Source of the DNA: Octopus bimaculoides
Lineage: Eukaryota
Direction: 5' to 3'
DNA: 64,000 nt
NCBI RefSeq assembly: GCF_001194135.2
Contig: NC_068985.1
Span: 40,758,573 to 40,822,572 of the forward strand
The notes beneath the pieces are model-generated. The model was given only the letters and a program-made list of their open reading frames with translations, made no database searches and had not been told where the DNA came from. A program made the position numbers and the translations under genes. Shown here one piece after another: positions 36,292 through 50,820 of the stretch (positions are counted from its first letter, which is position 1; every line of letters starts with the position of its first letter).

Positions 36292-36336
36292 GCCTCGGTA
36301 GCGCAGTAGGCAGCGCGTCAGTCTCATAATCCAAAG
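36292..36336 (+). pseudogene. 5' half of elongator tRNA-Met(CAT), truncated
   Basis: GCCTCGGTAGCGCAGTAGGCAGCGCGTCAGTCTCATAATC closely matches metazoan tRNA-Met. Anticodon CAT at 36325-36327, no T-arm or 3' acceptor strand. Confidence 0.85.
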
Positions 36337-36349
36337 TAATCGTCAATAC

Positions 36350-36670
36350 AATTGCAGCATGGAAGGTGTTTATAAGCCATTTAAAAACACGCAAAAACCG
36401 TTAGATTCACTTCAACATTTAAATTCAAATTGTCAAAATATTTTCAGCACTTTGAGACCGCGACCTGTTCACTGACAAAATTCCATGCTGCATCTGAGAA
36501 AGAAACAGTTAGTTATTTTCTTTAATGCAGCACAGAATTTTGTCAGTGAACAGGTTGTGGTTTGAAAGCGACAAAAATATTTTGACAAGGTAAATTTAAA
36601 TGCTGAAGTGAATCTCATGGTTTGTGTGCATTTTTGAATGGCTTATATAAACACCTTCCACACTGCAATT
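36350..36670. mobile_element. MITE with long degenerate TIRs (~144 bp)
   Basis: Left aattgcagcatggaaggtgtttataagcca...ctgcat (36350-36493) pairs with right atgcagc...ataaacaccttccacactgcaatt (36525-36670). Confidence 0.85.
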
Positions 36671-38144
36671 ATTTTTGTTTCAGCACACGATGTCAGATCA
36701 GATCACTTGCTATGTAAGTACACCTCCCTAATATATATATATTTATATGTATATATATATACATTTATAAGTATATTTGTCCAACCCATGCTAGCATGGA
36801 AAGCGGACATTAAATGATGATGATGATGATTTATATATATATATACATATATATAGTTATATGTATATATATACATTTATATGTATATTTATAAATATAT
36901 ATATTTATGTATATATATATTTATTTATATGTATATATATATATTTATTTATATTTATATTTATATATATATAAATATACATATATTTATATATATATAA
37001 ATATACATATTTATATATGTATATATTTATATATATATTGATATATATATATGAGTGTATATATATTGATATATGTATATAAGTATATATATATATACAT
37101 ATATATAGAAACATACACAAACACACACATATATAGACAAGCATACACAAACTTATATTTCTTTGTGCTTGCACATTACATTATTGCTCTTGACATCTAA
37201 CCTTGCCTTGAGTCTTTTGAGTGGCTTTGTGTATATCAGCATACGTGTGTATATCTGCTCATATGAGTGTGTGCATATGAATGCATATTTGCTTTCATAT
37301 TTCCATCAAAAACCATATATCTATAACCCTACTGAAGCAGACAGTCTCGCACATAATTAATGTCATGATTAAACAAAGGATTTAATGAAAGCTATAAAAA
37401 AAAAAAATGTCTCTACCACCTCCAAACTTTTCAGTCTCCATCATTCTCTCTGAAAACACAAAAAACAACAAAAAGCATACACAATATAAATGCATATTAA
37501 GTTGACTTTCAGCCAGCATTTCTAATAAACCACAGAAACAGAGGCAACAAGAGGTTTTTTTTTTTTTTTTGGCACGTCATTAGGGCTTTCATTCTGTTTC
37601 TGGCAGGAGTGTGATACGGATGCTGGTTTATATTTAGCTGACTGGGCAACCAAATTCCATCTTTTGTTTATTTGATATTTTATTGCTTTAGTCATTATCT
37701 TTGTAATTTATGTTTATTTTGTGATACAAACAGATAGATATACTCAATGTACCCTCATGTAAGAAGTCTTAGATGTGCGGTTAGATATATGCTTCTCATA
37801 TGACACACACACATACATAAATTTAACATTAGGTACACACAGGGCTGTATGGTTAAGAAGTTTGCTTTGCAACCCTGTGGTTTTAGGTTCAGTCTCACTA
37901 CATGGCACATTGGACAGGTCCTTTCTACTATTAATGCCTTGTGAGTGAAGTTGGTAGACTGAAACCTGTGTGGAAGCCTCTTGTTGTTTGTATGTATGTA
38001 TTATAATTTGTTAAAGTATTGGGGTTGATTAATTTGACTAAAATCCTTCAAAGTTTGACTAAAACCACCCTAGCATGGCCACAGTCCAATGACTGAAACA
38101 AGTAAAAAACAAAAGATGTATATTGTGGATGTTGTATGAGCACA

Positions 38145-38193
<49 letters not shown>

Positions 38194-41100
38194 TGTGGCT
38201 GTAGCATGATGGAGTGGTTAAGAAGTTTGCTTCACAATCCCTAGATCCTTGATTTGAATCAACAGCATTATATTTCGGGTAAGCACCTTTTACTATTGCC
38301 TTGAGTCAACCTATGCATTGGGTGTGAACTTGGTTAGGTGGAAGCTGTGTGAAAGCCTGTTGGATGGATTGTATGTATAATTCAACTTAAGGATACAATT
38401 GGATTGGATGCTCAACCACTTAATTCAATGAACATCATACAATTGATCAATCAACTGAAGCCTCATTGACATGTATGTGTGTACAAATATCAGATACTGG
38501 TCTGTAATAGCAATCAGACATTTGCCTGATTGCTATTATACTCTGCAATTAATGCACCAACCAATTAATTGGTGAATACCTTTGGGTTTACAGTTTGTAT
38601 GGAACACTTGGTGTTGTTAACCTATATGGATACCTATATTCCTCACTTGACTTTCTGTTAGCCAGGTTTTTTTTTCATATGGAGTGCTGAGGTATTCACC
38701 TGGATTTCTTCAATCCCTATTTTCTGTCACTATATATATAAATGTATATGTATATATTACATATATGAATAAATCATAACTTAACTGCTAAGATGTTTTT
38801 ACAAGATAATAGTAATAATAATGGTTTCAAATTTTGGCATAAGGGAGTGGGGTTAGTTGCATGTTTATGTACTTTATAATTTAAGTTTGCATGTTTTCGA
38901 AATAACTTAGGACAAAAGTTAAAGTTCCATACCATATATTTGAGAATATTTATGAGGTTTGTTGATAAGTTATTATTCATATTCATGCAACATCTTGCAA
39001 GAAACAAATTATCATCATTTAACATCCACTTTCCATGCTGGCATGGGTTAGACAGTTAGACTGAAACTGGTAAGTTGGGGAGCTGCACCAGGTTTCAGTC
39101 TGATTTGGCATGGTTTCTATGGCCAGATGCCCTTCCTAATGCCAACCACTCCAAGAGTGTGTTTTACGTGACACTGGTATGGGTACCATTTATACGACAC
39201 TGGCAACAGTAACACCTACGATTTCACTTGGCCTGACAAGTTTTCTCAAGCACAGCATATTGCAAAAGATCTTGGTCACTTGTCACCTCTGTGAGGTCCA
39301 ACATTTGAAGATCAAGTTTCACCACTTTTTCCCTTGCCTCTGTGAGGCCCTACATCCAAAGATCATGCTACCAGCAATGGCCACAATTATAATTCTAAAT
39401 TTACCTTGGTGGAATTTGAACTCAGAACATAAGTTAGATGAAATGCTGCTAAGCATTTTGTCCATGCTGTAATGATTCAGCCAGATTGCTGCCTTAAATC
39501 AGTTCTATAAATGTTTCAATGCAGCACAGCAAGTGAGCGTGTAACTACAGACTAAATATTCCCATCTTTCCTGCTCTACTTCACATTTCATCCTTTTGGA
39601 GTCAATAATATATGTATGGATCTATGAAAGTAAATGTAATTGACTATGCCCTAGAAGTTGTGCTTCAGCATGGCCAGAGAACAATGACTAATTCTAGCAA
39701 TATATTCTCTTCTTTCTCCTGTTTCTGTTTAGTACACAAGCATGGTTGTGTGGTAAGAAGCTTGCTTCCCAAACACATGGCTCCAGGTTCAGTTCCACAG
39801 CATGACACCTTGGGCAAATGCTGTTTAGTATAGTCTCAGGCTGACCAAAGCCTTGTGATTGGATTTAGTAGAATGAAACTGAAAGAAGCCCATCATATAT
39901 ATCTATATTATATGTGTATCATTGTTTGTATTGCACTGCTACTTGACAACTGGTGTTGGTATGTTTACATCCCCATAACTTAGCAGTTTGGCAAAAGGAA
40001 ATGATAGAATAAGTACCAGGCTTTAAAAAATAAGTACTGGAGTTGACTCATTTGTCTAAAAATTCTTCAAGGCAGTGCCCCAGCATGGCTGTTGTCTAAT
40101 GACTGAAACAAGTAAAAGGCAAAAGAGAGATCACACACTAGCAACCACAACTCAGTCCTTTCCCAGAGAGTATGTTCCATTAGAGCTCTCTTATTAATCA
40201 TCTCACCAACTGTTACTAACCTCACTGGACTACTCAACCTCTTCTCTCTCACACATTTAAGTGGATGAAAGTTTCCCAACTTCCATCCACTTGTTGCTAA
40301 GGACAGAAGTTATCATATTTAATATTGTGCTGGTGATATTTATTCAACACATAATTATGTAAACTATTATAAACATGGCCAGTGTTATGAAATTTCCATT
40401 TAAGTAGCTCTTACACCTCACAGTATTACATAAGCCAGTGAGGTTGCTTTCCATGCGCTCAAGAAATAGCAGTTAAATTCCCTCAGGTCATACCCTATTG
40501 CCTTAAATAAAGGAGGATACATTAGTCAATGATCTATGATATATAAAGGGACAGGTCGGTTATAGCTAGATACTGCTGATTCATAGGTTTGCACGCATGC
40601 ACACATCACAGTTTTTCTCAAAAGTTTCAAGTTTCATTTTGTAGATATATGTAATGTGTGTCAGTATGTATTTGTGTGTGTGTGCCCAACAATTGTTATT
40701 TTCATATTAGATTCCAATATACACACTCTGAAAGATATTTGTAGAAAATTTTATAAAAAGATACCCATTTTTCTGAAAGTTATGAGGAAGCCAACACATA
40801 TGAATTTTCCAAAACTTCTTTCGCAAGCCCTGAAAAAAATTTTCACAACAAATTCTGACACAATTGGAATCTACACCATCTGAAGCGTATTTGTAGGAAA
40901 TTTCATTAAAAGATATTCATCCATTTTTCTGGAAATTATGAGGAAATGATGTCAGGTAAGGGGCACACTTGTATAGGTATACTGTTAGATTTCATGAGGC
41001 AAACATAATATATTTTTCAGATAATTGGTTTAACCCATTCACCATATTCCTGTGGAAATATGCTGCCTTTATTTCAATTAATTTTGAAAATAATGAGGAA

Positions 41101-43011
41101 TTGAGTAAAATTACTTTGTTGACATTTTGATGGAAGGTTTTAGTTTGGATCACTTTAAAACAGCAAGTTTGTATTATAAATCCAGGGCAACCTCAGATTG
41201 GTTTAACCCTTTTGGTACCAACCTAAGTCAACTGTTATAACCAAATTCCCTACAATTCCCTATTATAAGGTTATTTTTCCCCATCAGTATTTTTTTACTA
41301 AATATTTGCCAAAATTTCCTCAATTAAGGGAATGTGTAATAATAAAATTATCAATATAAAATTAAACAGAAAATGATTAATAAATTGCGTATTCCTATAG
41401 TTAAGCTTATTCATTACTTTTTTTTTTTGCGGTACCCTTCGCAATCACTCATGGGACTCTGGAGTTCTAGGAAACCCCAGGTGGAAAAGTTTACATTTGG
41501 TAATGGTAGTCCTAGACACCCCTAAAATGATGGGAAGATAGTTGTGGTTGGAATGTCTTTGCTTGTAGGTCTGCTTGATCAGTCTTGACCTGGGGCTAAA
41601 CAACAAACAATGTATGTATGATGTTTCACCATGTACTACCACAAGTCTACTTGATCAGAGATGGCTCAATAATGTACACAACACAACCAACAATTTCCCA
41701 ATACCATTACCACCACTAGCATGGAGTACCCCTGTGGCCACTAAAGTTGGTACAAAGTGCAACCAAATTTCCCTCAAACCCTACCTTACTGTCTTGAAAA
41801 AAGGAAGACATAAGGTAAATGCAACCCAAATTAACACTTCGGAAACAAAAATAAATGGGATACCTTTGTTCATAGGTTTGCTTGGTCAGGATTTACTTGG
41901 GGCTAAAAAGCAATACCTTATCCACACCAGTATGAGTGTTTCCAAGATGTTCAACTTGCTTGAAATTTAGAGATAGTAAATCTATCTCTAAATGAGATAG
42001 TAAATCTATCTCATATTATATCAATGACTTAAAAAAGAGGTAAGAATACATTGGATAATGTAGTCTTAGATGCATTATGCTTGAAAAAGAGAAGATGGAA
42101 TAGTCATAGCTAGGCTTTTGATCATAATAGGTCTGTTGGATCAGGGATCATTTGAGGTTAAACAATAACAACAACATGCTCAGTCTTCCATGTTGTATCT
42201 CATAATATAAAAGCACTGTATGTTGTTGGAGTGTACAATATGGTCTTGATCTGGGACTAAACAACAATAAATGCTTTAAGCATGTTAAAGTGAACAGTAT
42301 AATGCTCCACCATAAATTGGTGGATCACATCTAGGTACTGTTTGAAAACTGGATCACAAGTTATCTGCAATGCTAAAACAAAAACAAACAATTATAACGG
42401 AAAGAAATATTTTCAAATGTTGAATTTCTTTTGGTTAATTTTTGCATTATTTTTTTTATAGTTTGTTATTTTTTTTTTACTGATTTATTTAAAATTTTTA
42501 TTGTTTTTATCTGCCATCCCATTTAACCCCTTCTTGTCTTATTTTGTTTTGCTAGCATGGTTTGGATTGATCTTTCAATATTTGCATTCACATTTTTTTT
42601 TCTTTTTATGTGTTTGTCTATATATGAGGAGCAAATGAAATTTTTTTTTTCCTTTATTTATTTTTACAGTTGGATGCTCCTTTTAGAATCACTCAACTGT
42701 GAAGCAAATATTATTTTTGTAGTAGTACCTTTGGTTAGTTTTGTCTTTTGTTTCTTTTGTTTCTTTTTATTTTGTATTTTGCTTTTCCAGTTATGTTACA
42801 CAGTGTTGAGTTATGTAAAAACTGCCATTCCTTTGAGGCAGGCACCGCAGGTTGCACAACACAACAGCTGTATTAATATAAACCAAGTATGTCTGGAACA
42901 TGTCTTTTTGTGGTTCAGTAAAAATCCAGTACACTTTTAATCTCGCAACCATTAATGCTTTCTGGGGTGGGTTTATAAAGTGTGTGCGTTCCTGTCCTTC
43001 TATCTGCATAC

Positions 43012-43059
<48 letters not shown>

Positions 43060-46000
43060 ATATGTACACATGTTACACACTCACATTTAAATGGTGGGGT
43101 AGATATTTATGCCATACAACAGCGCAATAAATAGGAAATCAACTGTTTGACTATTTCTGATCAGAGGAATCAATGAAGAGGGTTGGGGGAAATCAGCCCT
43201 ATTGACCTCAAGGCGTATGTACGCAGGTGTGTATATGAGTATAGAATTTGAAATCATGATGTTCATAGCAGAATAAGCGAAGTTAAATGATCTCTAGTAC
43301 ACTGCATACTCATGCCCATCTGGAGTTTTATATAACTGTGTGCGTGAAAAAAAAATATATATATCAAACTTTTACAAAGAAAAGGTTGCCAGTGTGGCTT
43401 CAAAGTTTCAGTTTGCTCACCTTTGTCAAAGCCAAAACTTTGAAGTAACTGTCAACTTTTTCCTTGTAAAAGTATAATGTCAAAATTATTTTTATATATA
43501 ATTTGGCATAAAAACAAACGATATACACACACAAATATATATCTTGCTTTCAGAAACATATACACCTGCAGCAAGGCCCTTACTTCTTATTCCAAGCTAA
43601 GTGTTCCATTTTGGATAGGTTTTACTTTATTATTATTATTATTGAATGAGAGAGCAATGCAGGCTACCAAAGTGACACTGGGGTAAAAATATATGAGGCC
43701 CAATATACCCATCATAGCTACCTGTCTGATAAGGGTACACCAGGCACTGTGTCACAACCATATATGCGCAACATGGTGATATATCAAGATAAACAGTGCA
43801 TGACCTTGCAGGTGGGGGCCCAGTTAGAATTTTCTTCAGGTTGAGTAGCCCATCCTGCTGAAAAGGTCCCAGAATGAGTGTTGTTTAAGGATGATGAACA
43901 AAACATATTTCCAGAGGTGAATTATTCAAACCCCAAAGAATTCCACTCAACACATGGTTATAATGCACCCTCACTACTCCTGCCTGTAATCAGAGATGCA
44001 CATATCGTCAGCCACTAAAGGAGATGCTCAACTGGTTAAGGGCAAGTAACTGACAAACAAATCTGTGGTATTATTTCTATTAAGGTGGCGAGCTGGCAGA
44101 ACCATTAGCAGGCTAGACGAAATGCTTAGTGGTATTTTGCCCGTCACTACGTTCTGTGTTCTAATTCTGCCAAAGTTGACTTTGCCATTCATCCTTTTGG
44201 GGTCAATGAAATACTAGTTGAGCACTGGGGTCGATGTAACCAACTTACCCTCTCCCTCAAAATTTCAGGCCTTGTGACTATAGTAGAAAAGATTATTATT
44301 ATCATCCCTTGCAGTATTTTTTTTGGCTCTTTACATCCCTAGTTCAAATCCAACTTAAGTCAACTTTGCCTATCATCCTTCTGCAGTCAAAATAATAGTC
44401 AAGTACCAACTAACACCCTACTCTTCAAAATTACTGGCCCTGAACCTAAGTAAGAACCCAAGTCAGGAATGGTAAAGGGCTGACTTAAATACCTAACAGT
44501 ATGTAGTTTTGTACCTCTTCATTCTGATTTCTAACACTACTGTATGTTGTTTTGTGCCTTATTCTGCTGGTAAGTTGGGTGGTGGGGGTAGGTTCTTGAT
44601 AAAATAAGTACCACTTATGGACTGGTATTGATCTACACCTCCTTACAACTTATTACGAGGATGGTGAGCTGGCTGAATTGTTACTATGCTAGACAAAATG
44701 TTCAGTGGAGTTTCCTCTGGTTCTTTACATTCTGAGATCAAATTCCACTGGGGTTGACTTTGCTTTTCATCCTTTTTCAGGGTTGATAAAATAAGTACCA
44801 GTTGGGCACTGGGGTCAATGTAATCAACTAGCCCCTCCCCCCAAATTTCAGCCTTATGCCTATGGCAGAAAGGATTATTATCATTATGTTATATAGATCA
44901 ACAGTGGTAATTAGCAGCAGCACTGTAAAACTGATGAGCGTTTTATTGACCTATGGAGCAGCTTCAGCTTCTCCAGCTCTCACTCAGCAGGAAATATCTA
45001 CTAGCTATGTAAAGCTAGCCACACAAACCTGTGAATATTCTCATATTGGCGTGCGTGCATGTGTATGTGTGTATCATGCTTTGTGCATTAAAAAAACAAC
45101 CTCCAAAAAAGCAAAACTGTAGAGGTGGTTCTTCCCGAGACTGTTAGACTATTACTCCTACAACCAAAGTAAAGTTCAGAATTTAAACTGCGTAAGTCTA
45201 CCTTCCTTTGGTCTACATTACTAAGGCTGAGAAGTGAATACTAACATCTGAACATACACAAATACATATTTACATATTATATATATCTATATACATACAT
45301 ACATATATACACACACGTACTATCTATATATCATATATGTGTATATATCTTTGCATGGTTAAGAGACTCACTTCACAACTACATGATTTTTGGTTTAATC
45401 TTCTCACACAGAATCTTGGACAAGTGTCTTCTTCCATCTCCTTGAGTCAACCAAAATCTTGTGATTGAAATTAGATGGAAACTGTAGAACTTCATTAGCG
45501 TGATCATACATGCTCTTGGCTATTAGCCAAGGTTCAACCTGGTTACCCAGTTAAACAGTACCATTTAAGTGACACCTTCCCTTTGACGATAACTTCCTCC
45601 TTTCCTCCAACCAGTCACAGTGGTACCAAAGAGAGCCAAGGGTACTGCCCTATTTCCTATGACTAAGCCATTATAATAAAATGTATGTATATGCGCGTAT
45701 TATATGGATGATTCTTTGTCAGTTTTGATGATGTGGGTTCAATTGTTCGAGCAAATGAATTAATTGCTCCTGAATTAACGTGTAAACTGGTCAAGCATTC
45801 TAAACATGTGTATTCTTAAACATAATTCTCAGGCTCAATCAACATGTGTGACAAGACTGTAACTTTGAATTATGGTTATATTCCATCCAATGAGTTTCTA
45901 TACAGTTTTCGCTTTCACATTTTCACTCAAAATGTATGGTGGTTGACCAAAGACAAGAGAAAATGACATTTGCCAAAGATGTCATGCAGTGGAGTTGAGC

Positions 46001-47131
46001 ATAAGATGTCATGGTTGTGAAGTGAATTTCTTAACCATTTGGCCATACTCTGCCAAAATATGTTGATAGTGTCCAGGCTTGTAGCTTGGATCCCATTCCA
46101 AAGCAGTTGTAGCTGATGGGCAATCCCTCACAACTGACGAAAGTCCTTAATATGTGATGTAAGAGATCAGTTCTTGGTGCATTGAGTTTTCCGTGTTATT
46201 TTTTTTTTTATACCAGTATTGAAAGATACTTCACTTCCCCTAATGCTGCTTATGTCCTTGGGGTAAAAGACATGAACATCACAACACAACATTTATCCAT
46301 TTTATAAAAGTTTAAGGTCTTTGTGCTCAATAAAAAGAAATTATTGTTGTTGTTGTTGTTGTCTTTTGATTAGTTTTTTTAAAATTTTAATTCTTATATT
46401 TGATATCGACTTTGATTTCTTAATGAGTTTTTGGTTATTTTTTAAAATTGTCTTGTCTTTTTTTTACTTCATCACAGAGAAAGAGAGAAAAAAAGANNNN
46501 NNNNNNNNNNNNNNNNNNNNNNNNNNNNNNNNNNNNNNNNNNNNNNNNNNNNNNNNNNNNNNNNNNNNNNNNNNNNNNNNNNNNNNNNNNNNNNNNNNNN
46601 NNNNNNNNNNNNNNNNNNNNNNNNNNNNNNNNNNNNNNNNNNNNNNNNNNNNNNNNNNNNNNNNNNNNNNNNNNNNNNNNNNNNNNNNNNNNNNNNNNNN
46701 NNNNNNNNNNNNNNNNNNNNNNNNNNNNNNNNNNNNNNNNNNNNNNNNNNNNNNNNNNNNNNNNNNNNNNNNNNNNNNNNNNNNNNNNNNNNNNNNNNNN
46801 NNNNNNNNNNNNNNNNNNNNNNNNNNNNNNNNNNNNNNNNNNNNNNNNNNNNNNNNNNNNNNNNNNNNNNNNNNNNNNNNNNNNNNNNNNNNNNNNNNNN
46901 NNNNNNNNNNNNNNNNNNNNNNNNNNNNNNNNNNNNNNNNNNNNNNNNNNNNNNNNNNNNNNNNNNNNNNNNNNNNNNNNNNNNNNNNNNNNNNNNNNNN
47001 NNNNNNNNNNNNAAAAGATTAATAATGATTATAAATTTTTTTTTAATGGGCAAAATGATCAATTAATATCCCCCCATTCAAACAAAAGCAAGGACATTTT
47101 TGTACAAACATACATAAAAAACAATATTTAA

Positions 47132-47350
47132 TCATTTAACATTCAGATTATTCTGTCAAATATAACACTTATTTATTCACATTGTTTTTGAATTTATCCT
47201 GCATTATATTGTAGCCTTGAGATTTCAATGATGAGACTTTATCTTTGGACTGACACAGTAGAATAGGTATGAGAAGCTGGATCTGGCCAGTTGGACTATC
47301 AAACAGGTAGAATATTTTGATTGAATATGGCTGGCTTAAATGCTAAAGGG
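47132..47350. mobile_element. piggyBac-like MITE (TTAA flanked)
   Basis: TTAA at 47128-47131 and 47351-47354, ends tcatttaacattc / aaatgctaaaggg. Related copies at about 11632-11858 and 55110-55258. Confidence 0.7.
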
Positions 47351-48472
47351 TTAACTGCATTTGCTTGGTAAATAATTTGAATTGAGATTGAATCAAAATA
47401 AAGACATTGTGGAGGACACATACATTACACTGTGCAACACAATCTTTGTTCTTGGATAGCAACTGTTATTTCATATTTGCTTACCCCTTGAAAGTATGAA
47501 AAATGGCTAATATTTTCTTCAAATTTTGTTTTTGTTACATTTATTCAAACAACAAAGAATCCCTCTCAACTACATGGCTATGATGCTCCCACACTACTCC
47601 TGCTCATCATCAGAGATGCACATACTGTCAGCCACTAAGGGACATGCTCAAGTGGTTGAGGTCAAACAACTGACAAACAAATCTGAGGCATTGAGCAGAA
47701 TATTTACTTTAAGGGAGAAACAATAAGAGCTTGTGTGAATATGTATGTGTGTGCATGTTTTCTAGCCTAATCTTTTTTACATTACTCCATCATCATCTTG
47801 ATTTGTCGGTGAATGGGAGATAGCTTCGACAGAGAAACATTAACAAAAATCCATGAAGGAGTGAAGTTAGAACACCCGATACTGGGCCCTCGTAGATATG
47901 ATGAATGGTTGCTTGACCCTCTAGATATAGCGGCCATATATCCCTCAATTAATACCTACTGTCCTAGAAAAGGATACACTGGATAATGTTATCTCGGACA
48001 TGAGATAACATAATGCAAATGAAGAAAAGACAGGATGGTCATTGATGGAATGCTTTTGATCATATGTGTCACTTCAATGCAAACTAATTAAAGATCATAT
48101 GACAAAAGTGTTAATATGTTTGTCAGACAAATCTGTCCAGCATGTGGCCGGATGGAAAGATGAGCCTTTAAAACAGTGATGAAACTCACAAATAATCCAT
48201 AGAACAAATTACTGAAAAGATTTTCTTCCTGTTCATCAGCACAAACAATCAAACATTATTCAGGTATACTTGAACCACACTACCCTGCCAAATCAAGACA
48301 AATCACATTATCTCCACCCTTAAGCTTGCTTCCCACCACATGGTTCGTTCGGAGTTCAGTCACTGTGTGACACCTTGGGCAAGTATCTTCTACTATGGCT
48401 TTGGGCTGCCCAAAGCCTTATGAGTAGATTTGGTAGAAGGAAACTGAAAGAAGCCTGTTGTATGTATGTGTA

Positions 48473-48522
<50 letters not shown>

Positions 48523-49790
48523 TGTTTGTGCGTGTGTCTGTGTCCATGTGTGTCCCTTTGTGTCTGTGTTTGTCACCAACTATTGCTTGACAACCAATGT
48601 TGGTGTATTTACATCCTTGTAACTTAGCAGTTTGGCAAAGAGACCAATAAAATAAGTACCAGGCTTAAAGCAAAAAAGTACAGGGGTGAATTCATTTGAC
48701 TAAAATTCTTCAAGTGGGTGCCTCAGCATGGCCATAGTCTAATGATCGAAACAAGTAAAATATAAAAGATACCACACATATATAAACATATTCAGCACTT
48801 TCTTTCCTCTGTAAGGTTCACTCATGTGGTGTCACTTTATTTTTTCATTGTACACCTATTGGTTGACTCTCAAGAGTCAGTCCAGTTTCTTGACAGATAA
48901 GAACAAGCTCTGACAGGGAGTAGGTGTGTGTGTGTGTGTATGTACAGAGGGCCCTTAAGGATATGTGCCTTGTGGTGATTCCTGCAATGTGAAAGCAGTG
49001 TGTGTGTGTGTGTATGGAGAACAAGAGCTTAAATAAAAAAATTGTTCAAAGCAGACCTACAACGATAAAAGAATTCATAGAAGAGGCTATGCAAAACTGA
49101 AATGTATTGGAAACTGATGCACTGCAAATCTATATCCAACCCGAAGTAGATAAGAAGGAACCCCCACCCCACCCCCACCCCCACCCTCAAAACAAAACTG
49201 TATATGTAGAACTGATAATGATGATCATNNNNNNNNNNNNNNNNNNNNNNNNNNNNNNNNNNNNNNNNNNNNNNNNNNNNNNNNNNNNNNNNNNNNNNNN
49301 NNNNNNNNNNNNNNNNNNNNNNNNNNNNNNNNNNNNNNNNNNNNNNNNNNNNNNNNNNNNNNNNNNNNNNNNNNNNNNNNNNNNNNNNNNNNNNNNNNNN
49401 NNNNNNNNNNNNNNNNNNNNNNNNNNNNNNNNNNNNNNNNNNNNNNNNNNNNNNNNNNNNNNNNNNNNNNNNNNNNNNNNNNNNNNNNNNNNNNNNNNNN
49501 NNNNNNNNNNNNNNNNNNNNNNNNNNNNNNNNNNNNNNNNNNNNNNNNNNNNNNNNNNNNNNNNNNNNNNNNNNNNNNNNNNNNNNNNNNNNNNNNNNNN
49601 NNNNNNNNNNNNNNNNNNNNNNNNNNNNNNNNNNNNNNNNNNNNNNNNNNNNNNNNNNNNNNNNNNNNNNNNNNNNNNNNNNNNNNNNNNNNNNNNNNNN
49701 NNNNNNNNNNNNNNNNNNNNNNNNNNNNNNNNNNNNNNNNNNNNNNNNNNNNNNNNNNNNNNAGAGAGAGAGATAGAGAGAGAGAGAGAT

Positions 49791-49822
<32 letters not shown>

Positions 49823-50159
49823 TACATGTGTGTGTGTGTGCGTGTGTGACAGGGGATGAGGTGGGAGAAGTCAGCTGAATCAATCCCACTATATCATATG
49901 TAGTTATTTTATCAAAGCCAGACATGAAAGTTCAAGGTTTGTGTAGGATTTGAACTGGGTGCCTAGCTGAACAAAACTTGAATAATTATATAAGTAATGG
50001 GACACCCCAGCGCATATCTAAAAAGCATTTTCTCTCACCTTAAAGCTTACTGTATTGATTTGAAGTCCATTATGTGAATGTAACTTGAAAAAGGAGGGGA
50101 ATACTCCACCAAGCTGATTTGCAAACAAAGCGTTCAGTTTTTCTACTATAACACAATAG

Positions 50160-50820
50160 GTTTTCCTGCAACCCAATGACTGTCTATACATGGCTATGAC
50201 TATTTTATATGTTACTTTGACTACCCAGAGATTGTTTCTACAACCAAACAACTTTTACAACCAAAGAGCTTACAGTATAACCAAATGACTGTTTCTACAA
50301 TCAAATGACCTTCAATATGACCAAATAGCTGCTCCTACAACCAAATGATACCCAATATGACCAAATGACTGCTCCTATGACCAAACGACTGTCCCTACAA
50401 CCAAATGACTTCCAATACGACCAAATGACTGCTCCTACAACCAAATGACTTCCAGCATGACCAAACAATTGCTCCTACAACCAAATGACTTCCAATATGA
50501 CCAAACGACTGCTCCTACAACCAAGTGACTTCCAATATGACCAAACAACTGCTCCTACAACCAAATGACTTCCAATATGACCAAACAAATGCTTTTACAA
50601 CCCAATCACTGTCACTATAACTCAACAACCACCTTTACACTCCATTTGCTACTTCTATGACCCAAGACTACTACAACTCAACAACTGTCTCTTCAATTCT
50701 AATGGTTACTGTTAAATCCCATGACTACCTCTATAACTTGATAGTTGTTACTATGATCTAACAATTGCCTCTGCAACCCAGCAGCCACCTTTGGGGGCCC
50801 AGTGACTATTACTACAACTC
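50160..50820. repeat. 20-bp minisatellite with 40-bp dimeric higher-order core
   Basis: Alternating ccaaatgacttccaatatga / ccaaacgactgctcctacaa units at about 50281-50600, with decayed 20-mers on both flanks. Confidence 0.9.
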
